This document shows positions 22,848-33,839 of a stretch of 64,000 nucleotides of DNA, in pieces. Source of the DNA: Tubiluchus corallicola (lineage: Eukaryota; Animalia; Priapulida); contig JAQGDQ010000445.1 in assembly GCA_030141605.1 (NCBI GenBank), positions 1 through 64,000 on the forward strand. Direction: 5' to 3'. The notes under the pieces are model-generated. The model was not told the DNA's origin and ran no database searches. It saw nothing but the letters and a program-made list of their open reading frames with translations. Made by a program: the position numbers and the translations under genes. Every line of letters begins with the position of its first letter. Position 1 is the first letter of the stretch.

Positions 22848-23072
22848 TGCCAGTGGTGTTCAATAAAACAAGCAGCTAAATGAATATGCATTGAATATGC
22901 AGGACAAGTACGTTAAAGTAGAATCACGAAGCTTGCGTGTTTACATGTCTGTCGTCACTGCAATAAAACAAACTGCAAGTTACTTCACTATAATTTCAAA
23001 AAAGTGGCACGTAATATCCCACTTTATAACATTACAAAATGTTACATAAATATTAATTGATTTAAATTTTAA

Positions 23073-23533
23073 AGGAAGACCGGACGATTGTTTAGACTCA
23101 ATCTCATTTTAATTTACTGTCCAAAATAAACATTTTCTTGCCTATAAAAGTTAACAATTGTTCCTTATATTTGAATAATTAGCTTAGAAAGTTAATTAAC
23201 AGCAACCGAACACAGCTATTGCTTATGTCAGAAACTAACCACAGTTTGTGTAATGGCAGGCATCTTCCCTTGCGCATCAAGCACATTTGCTTAGGTGTTA
23301 CAGTACTGCTTAAACGCATGATGTCACGAAAAATGGGCTTTACATCATGTGACGTCATGAAACTAACACAGCAGTTCATGATCATGGTTATCACGGTATC
23401 GCCTTCTATTTGTCAGCCATGCGCATGTTACAAAAAGGCGCCGCTGCCAGTCTTAGTAGATTCACTGAGCCGCGCGTAGCTTTGAAAGTTTAACGAAACT
23501 TGAGTATCCGAGGTAATTATTATTTAATCTTAA
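23073..23533 (+). mobile_element. MITE family A copy, truncated at the 3' end
   Basis: TTAA|aggaagaccggacgattgtttagactc; colinear with 12059-12492. Confidence 0.8.
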
Positions 23534-23959
23534 CGAAGCAAGTCAATGAGTTTTAACTTTACATGCCGTTTCTATAACGACTAAATGCAAAAATGCAATG
23601 CAACATAATCAAATTTGAAAACTACAAATTAATTAGTTTGCTACTTTTAATTAATAAATAGCAAGTAAAGCAACAAACCGTCGAACAATCGCAAAAAAAT
23701 CGCAGAGATGATAAGTTGATAACACAGCAGTGTGTAAAAAAGCGCATTATGATCTAGAAAATGTCACACAATGTTGGTACCAATTGCCAACCAAAACAGA
23801 CGTCAAATCTACAATTGCTGGTGTCTACTTTTTTACAATGAAATCAACTTTGTAACACTCAGGATGAAATTTTAGACATGCCCACTCTCTCATATCCATG
23901 TCTTACTAATCATTTTGATGGCAATTTTACTTTCTTACAATGTTCGCAAGCTGATTTAA

Positions 23960-24543
23960 AGCAAAACCGGACCAAATCTTAAACTGTAGGTCGAAACAAT
24001 CTGCTCTTTAAAATAATGAAATGGGACATACTATTTTTTCAAAAATGACTTATGTGAAAGAATTATTACCACACAAACACAATTTCACGTTCGCGCCACT
24101 AGTTCTTCGCTGTTACATGCATTTCACCATTCGCTGGTTAGACCGGCGCTAGTGTCTGCATTTCGGAAATGCGCTGCACAAAAAACAAGTGCTGTACCTG
24201 TCAGTTCAGATGTGTTAGTTTGTGACAAACTACACATGAAATTTGAATTTTTATCTTAAAACTTGCCTAGTTTTAGTACAACACACTGAATATCTTACAG
24301 TAGCACTGTACTTCAATTTTCGCTTTTGTAAACACATGCAACACGCTCGTGGAATATTTTTGCTGTTGCAAATTATGTTAGTTTGTGATGTCATCAATAG
24401 TTGGGTTCGCCCGCCATGAATTAAGTTTTTAATCTATTATTTAATTATCAAAAGCGCTTTTGCAACATTAATTGTATTAAAAAGTATACTTTTCATCTTG
24501 ACTTGAAAATGGGGTAGTATATGAAAAATCATCCTGTCTTCCT
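23960..24543 (-). mobile_element. MITE family B copy (Kolobok-like) with intact TTAA on both sides
   Basis: TTAA|agcaaaaccgg...cctgtcttcct|TTAA; inverted homologue of 8932-9541. Confidence 0.8.
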
Positions 24544-27133
24544 TTAACCTAATTTACACCTAATTGTAGCCTAACCTAATTGTAACCTAACCTAAAATAA
24601 AAAAGCTGAAGAAATTCAATTCTAGAACTTGACAAGATTTGCCGTTCAATGAGACTTTTTAAAATCTTACATAAAAAATATTTGTGTCTCTGCTTTTTGT
24701 AATTCATTTCCTCACTTTGTACATCAGCAGAGCAGAAATAATCATTTAACTGAAGTATCACAACATGACCCAGTAAAAAATATGGCAACAAAATTTTTGT
24801 GGGTCTGTATTTTTTGGTATGAATAAAAGCTCTTATCAATGAGTTTGTGTCTGTAACTCAATAGTATTTTCCTGCTCATTAAAAAAAGAGAAAAATTTAT
24901 AAAATTTGACACGTTTAGCAATTCATATCAATCATAGACATGATGCGGGTTAAAATATTACCAGTCTGCAAACAGTGCTCTATTAAGACGCTGACAACTT
25001 TTATTATTGGTAAATGCGGTGTCGTGGCGTGTAGCGACCTCTCGAATGATTACCGGTTGAGGGAATTACACGTCTAATGGTCTTATGAATCACTTCTGAA
25101 CCACACATAGATGCTTTGTTTCTAATGATTTGTTTCCCTTGGCTTGTAAGTCAAATAAGTTTGGATATGTCACACGCTAGTTTGATGCATGCCTTGTTGT
25201 ATTGCTCACTGATTTCATCTCATCTGCTAACTTACTTGAGGCGCTAGTTTTGTGTTTTAAACTCTGTGCGGTTTTGAGGTTCGTTGCCAGTTGCTTGTCT
25301 GTGGTATGTCAGTTCCTAATTAGATGTAAATTAGTATGTTTTGCATAATTATATGTCACAGTATAATTATTGCATATAACAGTCGCAATATTGAAAATAT
25401 TAACACTGCTTGGAATATGGCTGTGAGAAAAATGTGGAATTTACCATATCATAGTCATTGCTATCTGTAACCATTTGTATGCAATACAGTATTTTCAATA
25501 TTTGGCATTTTATTTCTGCAATCGATGTTGGAACCTTGAAGAAAACAATCTATTAACATCATTTGCAACTGATGCGGCAAATGGATTCATTTACCCGGTC
25601 AAACTCTCCAAATTTATCATCCTAAAATAAAAAATTCTACCATCTCACTCCATATTTAACCTAACCTAATCGTGTTTTAGCGCTAAAACACTCGTCACGC
25701 CATTATCACATGGTACCTCACCCAGCCTGAAACTAACAGTGTGACAGCGCTGCCATCACACACGACCTAGAACTATCGATAAGCATTCCTATATAAGATA
25801 GGCCTGTGCATAAGTCTTTGCAGTGCATTAAACTTTTCTTGTCAGACATTATTAACTTAGACAGAAGCAAAACAACTACCTTTTGCTCTTGTGTGAAATT
25901 TGGAATTCATCTCAAATGGTATTAGTCAAGTAGGTAGTGATCAGATGTAGAACTGCGCCAATTGTGACATCTTACAACAATTAAAACGCATGGGAAGACT
26001 TGCCAGAGAAAGTCGCTTTTGCACATTAATTACAAATATGAAAAGACATATTATTATTTTGCTTCTCGGCTTTGCAGAATAAATTTAAACATACAAATGA
26101 TCAAAAGTTTCAAAAGCTGGTTCTATGGCTTGTTGAAGAGCTGTCTTCATTATCAGCTTACTCAAAACTCGCAAAAGTTTTTGAGCATAGGAAGATTTCT
26201 TTGGAAACAAAAATTAGAATATTCTCAGCCTTAATTGAAACTGTATTTCAACTAATACGATTAACTAAAATGCAAATCATCATCATACGTCCATCACGTC
26301 TATTGTAGACACTGGGCAGGCAGAATTCTAAAATAAAAGAAATCTGCCTTCAGACAGGTAAACGCAGAAGTAATCCAGCAAAAAAACTAGACACTGCTAC
26401 GCCAGTGACTTGTCAGCACGTCTTCTAAGCCATGAGCACTATGGAAAACCTTCTCCACCATCCTGGATTACCAGTTTGTGAATGGTTAACTCACATCACG
26501 TGATACTAATTTAGGCTTTTGTTTGAACTTCCGCCTATCCCACTATCCATTGCAAGGTCACTGGCCCAATATGGTGTTTTGTAGCAAAGATGGCGATGAG
26601 TTTTTGTGTTTTATGTTCTTTATAAGTTCAATATGCTAACGGTAATTTTCTTAAATTTTGTTTAAATGCATGTCTAATGCACAATGTCAACAATAATTAA
26701 TTTGATACAAAGGTGCGTCAGAAACATAGTGGTTAAACGCACGCTTTAATTATAACGTTCTACTTTTACTTAGTTTTAATACTAGAAATAGAAAGTTAAC
26801 TAGTACTAGTAGTATCTGTATTGCTAGCATGTAGTACTGATATAGTGATTAGATTTTTTTATTTGATATAGCTGTCCGTCAGGTATCATAATTATATAAT
26901 AAGGCAGTAATTGTTATACTATAGTGGTTTCGCCAACAGTCGTGTAATGCCTAATGCAGTAATGGATATGTAACTGCTAGGATATGTAGATGTAAGGTGC
27001 AGAGTACCCCACAAGCTGAAGTAGGACCCTTCCGCTAAAGCACATGTGCTAAATTTGTGGAAAAGCACAAATTTGTTGTACATGTGCAGCCCAAGTAGGG
27101 CACTGGTGATTTTTGTCGGGAACTGAGAATTTT

Positions 27134-28305
27134 TAATAATAACATTAATAATAAATTTATTTGGAAGTGTAAATACAGATACAATATCAAGAAACACTGA
27201 GAAAATAGATATTAATAATAATGCTTTTATTTTGTTATGACAGCGTGCATATAATAAATGGCAAGAACCAGAAATAAAACTTGTTAGGTGCTTGCGCCAT
27301 TATAAACACGTCCAAATAATGAGAAAAAAATAACAAAAAAACCGAGGGTTTTAGGCAATTTAAAAAAAAAAGTTGTGCAAAGCAAGGATAGATTTGATGG
27401 ATAAAAGAATGTTCAAAAGGGTAGGAACAGTGGCTTGTGAAGATTTGGCTCATGAGATGACGAAGCACTCTGGATTCTACTCAAAAAGAACACAAAGTTA
27501 TGACTGTTGCGTCACACGGGAACAGTAGACTAGTACAGTATTCAAGGCTAGTTTATATAATAAGCAAACAGATATCGTTAAACTGAGATTTTAAAGTGGT
27601 AAATGTTACAATGGCACTTTACATTGGGTGGTAGTGAGTTCCAAAGTTTAGGTCCGCAATGAAATGTTTTGCAATATTGGTTTTGCAGAAACTGAGTTGG
27701 TAATCATTATAGCGAGTATTATGTGATTTGACATTTTTAATTACGGGATTCTGGAAATATGTAGGGAATAGGCCATTGTTAGTCTTATAAACAAAAATGG
27801 TAGTGTTATAGGCAATCATATCATCAATTGTTAGTATTCTACACTCACTATAGCATGACTTAGTAACTGAACTGAATTTGGAGAGTCTGTACAGGGTGCG
27901 TGTAAATTTACATTGCAAACTGTGAAGTGGATTTAAGTTGGTCTCGTAAGTACTACCCCAAAGTATATTTATATAGGAAAAATATTGTAAGACTAATGTG
28001 TTATATAAGGTTATTAAGTGAAGTCGAGCTAGGCCACTGATTTTATTTTATAGTCTAGTTTATTTTTATAATAATTACTTTTAGCTACTTTAACTAAATT
28101 ATTTAAATTCATTTCTACACTTCTTGTAATTAGATACATGGGTAGGATTTACACGTTTTAGAATTCGTTTATGCATTTTATTTTTTCGATTGATAGATTG
28201 TAATAAGCTTGTAGCTGCCCAGGCTTTTCTTGTGTTATTCTTACCATAACCTTTGACCTTAGGTTTAATGTGCGATTTGTAGACGTCCATAAATTTTGTA
28301 AGTAG
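27134..28305 (-). mobile_element. Decayed LINE (L2/CR1/Crack-like): 3' ORF2 remnants, 3'UTR and (TTA)n tail
   Basis: ORF 27619-27918 (ILTIDDMI.YNT.IFVYK..NGLFP.YF..HNTR) and ORF 28099-28290 (W...LLQSINRKNKMHKR...YKKCRN) resemble LINE ORF2. AATAAA followed by TTA repeats at the left end on the minus strand. Confidence 0.75.
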
Positions 28306-28499
28306 CCAGCAAGCTGAAAAGTGTGGTCACTCCTGATTTACGGGGATTCCCAGATTTTAGTTTCTGCTTAGGCTCAGTAGTACACGCCTTGATCAGTGGC
28401 CGTTTCATCAGGTGTAGTGTTCTTATAGATCAGAAACATGGATAAGAAAAAAGAGGAATATCGAAGAACATGGAGTCAAGGCGGGTTAATATGCACTGT

Positions 28500-28767
28500 A
28501 CTATACACTACACACTACTAATATGCATTGTACTGAAATTACCACTATCTGTCGTGAAAGTAGAAATATATGGTTTGTAATATAAATTTTAATAACTTCT
28601 AAAATAGTTTCTTGAGTGTAGTAGTAATGATGTACGCAGGTCAGATGCAAAAAAAATCGTTATTAGGCCTTTCTGTACTTGGCTCTTTGATCAAACTACC
28701 TGTGGCCCGCAGGAACTGCGGGAAAGTTTAATGTGGCCCGGCTAGTCAGATAATTTGCACACCCCTG
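28500..28767 (-). mobile_element. Partial hAT-type MITE (same family as 38322-38803) inserted in the LINE remnant
   Basis: Ends atttgcacacccctg; inverted homologue of 38322-38590. Confidence 0.75.
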
Positions 28768-29055
28768 AACTAAGGCATCTGTAAAAGCAGCTTTAATGTT
28801 TTCATTATAAAGAATACCCTGTTGATAAGAAGTAGGCAATTCAGAAATGCTAAAATTAGTTAACATAAAAACAGGAAAATGATCTGTAATGTCAGTTAGC
28901 AAGGCACCTGCGATGAAAGAATGATCGATACTGTTTATATAAATATTATCAATTAGAGTGGCCGTAAATTCAGTTATTCGTGTAGGACGTGTGATCGTTG
29001 GAAAAATATTGGTAGCAAGGATTGTATCCAAGGACGTTTGGGTACTACTATGTTC
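28768..29055 (-). mobile_element. LINE endonuclease remnant
   Basis: PTITRPTRITEFTATLIDNIYIN..LLTDITDHFPVF is the C-terminal AP-endonuclease motif set. Confidence 0.85.
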
Positions 29056-29551
29056 AGAATACAGCTCATTGAAGTTATGTTTAGATCTAGTAGATGGCTC
29101 TTTCTGATGAAGATCCGGGCTTGGCAACAGAAAAAACCCAAAGCAAAATAATTGTTTCCACGAGCTACTATCTAGGTTTAAAAATACAAGTTTTTCTCAA
29201 TTATAGTACTAGTTTCTAGCCAGAAAAGTGGGTACCGGGTTGTGAGATCAGATTTTTAGTATTTTTTCAACATTTTATTGATAACTTGGTGCTAGAATAA
29301 TAAATGTCCAATATGTTTAGTGTTTGTTTTTATATCATGTTTATAAAAAACAAAATATTGACATTTGACCAATTTTTTGATGCATTTTACTTTGACGCAT
29401 CATAACAGTATATTTCAACTATACCAACTTATGGTATAGGTTTTGGTTTGCAAGCAATGTTCACTGCATTTACACCGACATACTGTGTTTTAGTAGGAGA
29501 AAACTGATTAGAATTCCTCCTCATCTGTAATTTCTTTTTATCTTTAAAATG

Positions 29552-29988
29552 TCAGTTAAACGATATCTGTTTGCTTCTTATGTAAATTAGTCTTGATAAC
29601 CACCTACTGTTCCTGTGTGACACAACAGTCACAACTTTGTGTCTTTTTAAGTAGAATCCAGAGTGCTTCGTCATCTCATGAGCCGAATCTCCACAAGCCA
29701 CTCTTCCTACCCTTTTGAACATTCTTTTATCTATCACTTCTATCCTTACTTTGCACAACTCTTTTTTTAAATTGCCTAAAAACCTTCGGTTTTTTTGTTC
29801 TTTTTTCTCACTATCTGGACGTGTTTATAATGGTGCAAGCACCTAACAAGTTTTTCTTCTGGTTCTTGCCATTTATTATATGCACACTGTCATATAATCA
29901 TTATTATTAATATCTATTTTTTACCATTGTTTCTTGATATGGTATTTGTATTTACACTTCCAAATAAATTTATTATTATTATTATTAA
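29552..29988 (+). mobile_element. 5'-truncated LINE 3'UTR copy (inverted relative to 27134-27585)
   Basis: Near-colinear reverse complement of 27134-27585; ends caaataaatttattattattattatt. Confidence 0.8.
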
Positions 29989-30479
29989 ATTTAACTTTTG
30001 TAAGTTAAAATCAAATCAGTGTTAAATCAAAAGACGACACGACTTTATTAAAAAAGTTGCTGAATTATATCTCGTTTAGTGCAAGAATTGCCTGTGCATA
30101 AAAGCCCTTTATTTTAGTGAGTCACTGAACTTGCTGTCTGCTGCGTTTTGAACAAATTTCTGCATGTTTTCCTAACAAATTGAACTGTATACAGGTCGGC
30201 TGCTTGTTGACATAATTAATTACAGGATGTGTGTCTGAATCATGTTTTGTAATAGGTAGCACGAGCAGCACTGGCAGCCGTATATGTGACTTGTTTGCTT
30301 AGCAGTGTGAACTCTTGTGCAATTAAAGTATACAAATTAGTTATCAGAACAAATTCAAACGTGCTATAATGTAAGGAAAGGGCGACTTTATATAGGAATA
30401 AATTTGTCGGAGCAAAATATTTCTTTCACTGAATATTGTGTGTTTTCTCATTGCCAAATTTATTTACTGTTTCTAAATT

Positions 30480-30725
30480 TAAACTCATTTGAACTTGTTG
30501 CCTCATTTATTTATTTTTTTATTGTTAGGTTACTGATTATTTTCATTTGTACATACCTTACTTGACAGGTCACTTAATTTTCTTCAGTTTGGACAGAGGT
30601 GGTTGACTTGGTGACCCTTGGTCTTTTCGCCACCCCGTTTCTTTTCCGTCTTTATTTTAGTTTTTAGCTTTCGTTTATGTTTATTTTGTAACATTCAGAG
30701 ACAAATAATTTTTTTTACTTACTTC
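30480..30725 (+). mobile_element. LINE 3'-end remnant with stem-loop
   Basis: ggtggttgacttggtgacccttggtcttttcgccacc hairpin, then caaataa and a ttac-repeat tail. Related to the motifs at 58490 and 59849. Confidence 0.5.
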
Positions 30726-31224
30726 TGCAGTAAATTTGGAAAAATTTCCGTGCCGTTATAAATTACACATTTTTGCACAAAATTCTCATTTCCAAGTTGT
30801 GAATTTTTTTTGAAGTGTTTATTCTCTGTTTAAACCATCGATTGAATGTTTATTATTTTTTAACATTGTGGATTTACTGGTTAATGCACCCGGTATTTAG
30901 AAAGATTTCCGTACAGTTCTAAATTTCGCTTTTTTGCACAAAATTCTCATTTCCAAGTTGTGAAATTTTTTGAAGGGTTCATTCTGCGCTTGAATCCACA
31001 AATTAAATGTTTACAATTTTTCTAGCTTTGCATTTCTAATTTTTCTTTTCTAGTTTGTCATGTTTTGTTGAAATGTTGATTCTATGTTTAAACCTGCAAG
31101 TCGAATGTTTCTAATATTTTCTTGCGCATTTACTACCTTGTACATTTCACTGAGAATGCAGGAACAGTGATAAACACGTTTTTTTTACGAATAACTGCAG
31201 TATCTAGTATGAGCAGATAGCTGT

Positions 31225-31900
31225 AGTAAGTAAGTAAGTAATTTATTGTCTTTATTGCATAATACGTACAATGAAATAAATGTGGTTTTACGTATCTGTA
31301 ACTGTATGTGGTGTGCTAGCTTTTATTTCAGATGTTGCATTATCTCAGCTTAAAAGTAAGCAAGTAAGCAATTTATTGTCATTATTGCATAATACATACA
31401 ATGAAATTTTTGTGATTTTACGTACTGCAATAAATTATGGAAACAACAAGGAGATTAACACAAATAATTCAATCAGTTGTACAGTGACATAGAGAATTAA
31501 TGTTGGAGATTTGGTGAAATTTACAGTTGATGGTGCGAATTGCAACGTGATAGAAAACTATTTAAAGTTCTTGTGGTTTTAGCGTTAATTAAGCGGAATC
31601 TACGACCAGAGGGGTTTCAAAATATTTATTACGTGGATGGAATTCATCTTTCATGATAACCTGCGCTCTATTTGCGACCCTAGTTTCATACAAATATGAC
31701 AGTTTACTGTTCAACTCCTATAATTTTTGAGGCGGATTTAACAACTTGATCAAGAGCATTGCGATCTCCCTGCGTGGTAGCGCCATACCAAATAGTGAGG
31801 GATGATGTTAAGACGCTCTCAATTACTGCACGATAAAAACTCTCCATCACAGCAGCGGAACTGTTAAATGACTTGAGTTGTCTTAAAAAGTACAAGCGCT
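31225..31900 (-). mobile_element. Decayed LINE C-terminus (Rex1/Babar-like) with (TTAC)n tails
   Basis: LYFLRQLKSF..FYRAVIESVLTSSLTIWYG..KSASKIIG. The minus strand has caataaattacttacttac tails at ~31226 and ~31355. Confidence 0.8.
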
Positions 31901-32166
31901 AATCACTAGAAGTAGTCATTAGTTCCAGATGTGTTTTTTGATGTGCATGTACTGGATGCTCTGCTTATGCTGATTGACGTCTAAAATTTGAAATTGCTTT
32001 GTAAACCAAATTAGTAAATGTTTTGTTTACTATTCTCGCATAAGAAACTCTCGCCCTTGTTTTAGTTTTTTCCTGGTGTAATTTGATCGTCATTCCAAAT
32101 GTGTTTGAAATGTAAATTTGGGTCATTCCGTGTCGATTCACCTAGATTTTTAAAAACTTCCCAGGT

Positions 32167-33408
32167 GTTCGACTACAGATCTAGCAGTAGACTAAGTGCT
32201 ACCTTCTTAACACATGTCTACAATATGAAACTATTCGACTAAAAATGTAGCAGTAGGCTAAGTGCTACCTTCTTAACATATGTCTGCAATATGAAACTAT
32301 TCGACTACAAATGTAGCAGTAGGCTAAGTGCTACCTTCTTAACACATGTCTACAATATGAAACTATTCGACTACAAATGTAGCAGTAGACTAAGTGCTAC
32401 CTGCTTAACACATGTCTGCAATATGAAACTATTTGACTACAAATGCAGCACTAGACTAAATGCTACCTTCTTAACACATGTCTACAATATGAAACTATAT
32501 GACTACAAATGTAGCACTAGACTAAATGCTACCTTCTTAACACGTCTGCAATATGAAACTATTCGACTACAAATGTAGCACTAGACTAAGTGCTACCTTC
32601 TTAACACATGTCTACAATTTGAAACTATTCGACTACAAATCTAGCAGTAGACTAAGTGCTACCTTCTTAACACATGTCTGCAATATGAAACTATTCGACT
32701 ACAAATGCAGCACTAGACTAAGTGCTACCTTCTTAACACATGTCTACAATATGAAACTATTCGACTACAAATGTAGCAGTAGACTAAGTGCTACCTTCTT
32801 AACACATGTCTACAATATGAAACTATTCAACTACAAATGTAGCAGTAGGCTAAGTGCTACCTTCTTAACACGTCTACAATATGAAACTATTCGACTACAA
32901 ATGTAGCACTAGACTAAATGCTACCTTCTTAGCACATGTCTACAATATGAAACTATTCGACTACAAATGTAGCAGTAGACTAAGTGCTACCTTCTTAACA
33001 CATGTCTACAATTGAAACTATTCGACTACAATTAGCAGTAGCTAAGTGCTACCTTCTTAACACGTCTACAATTGAAACTATTCGACTACAATTAGCAGTA
33101 GACTAAGTGCTACCTTCTTAACACATGTCTACAATATGAAACTATTCAACTACAAATGTACCAGTAGGCTAAGTGCTACCTTCTTAACACATGTCTACAA
33201 TATGAAACTATTCGACTACAAATGTAGCACTAGACTAAATGCTACCTTCTTAGCACATGTCTACAATATGAAACTATTCGACTACAAATGTAGCAGTAGA
33301 CTAAGTGCTACCTTCTTAACACATGTCTACAATATGAAACTATTTGACTACAAATGTAGCACTAGACTAAATGCTACCTTCTTAACACATGTCTACAATA
33401 TGAAACTA
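32167..33408. repeat. 66-bp tandem satellite, about 19 copies
   Basis: Unit atgaaactattcgactacaaatgtagcagtagactaagtgctaccttcttaacacatgtctacaat; some units carry 1-2 bp deletions. Confidence 0.97.
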
Positions 33409-33477
33409 ATCAGCTTATTTGCTTCTATGCTGTGGCTTCAATATGTCGAAGGAAGCCAAATAAGATGGAAGCAGTTG

Positions 33478-33543
33478 CTGTTTTCAATATTTTAGAGCAT
33501 TCTTTATTCGGAACTAATGTTTGCACAATCGTCCGGTTTTCTT
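33478..33543 (+). mobile_element. 3' terminal fragment of MITE family A
   Basis: ttttcaatattttagagcattctttatt...cacaatcgtccggttttctt followed by TTAA; matches 12522-12585. Confidence 0.7.
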
Positions 33544-33839
33544 TTAAGTAATGTTACCTACTTTGCCAGTTGTTGTTCTGCGAATAACATTTTAACGCAG
33601 AAACGAGAAATATTTTTTAAGAAATATTTTGTGAACTGTACCATGAGCTAAATAATAAAATTTCTAAACATAATGCTGGCTAAATAAACCATTAAATATA
33701 TGAATATTGCATGGAATTGACTTCCTGTTGTTTATTTTCAGATCATGTAAGTTTCTACAGAAGACTCTTGATGAAAGTTGGACAAAGATGAAGAAGACTA
33801 CGCATTTTCTTTAAAACTAGATGAAGATTTGACAGCAAG

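Noticed and set aside
32291-33495. 22-aa repeat protein ORFs
   Set aside because: Frame-breaking deletions in several units indicate a non-coding satellite.
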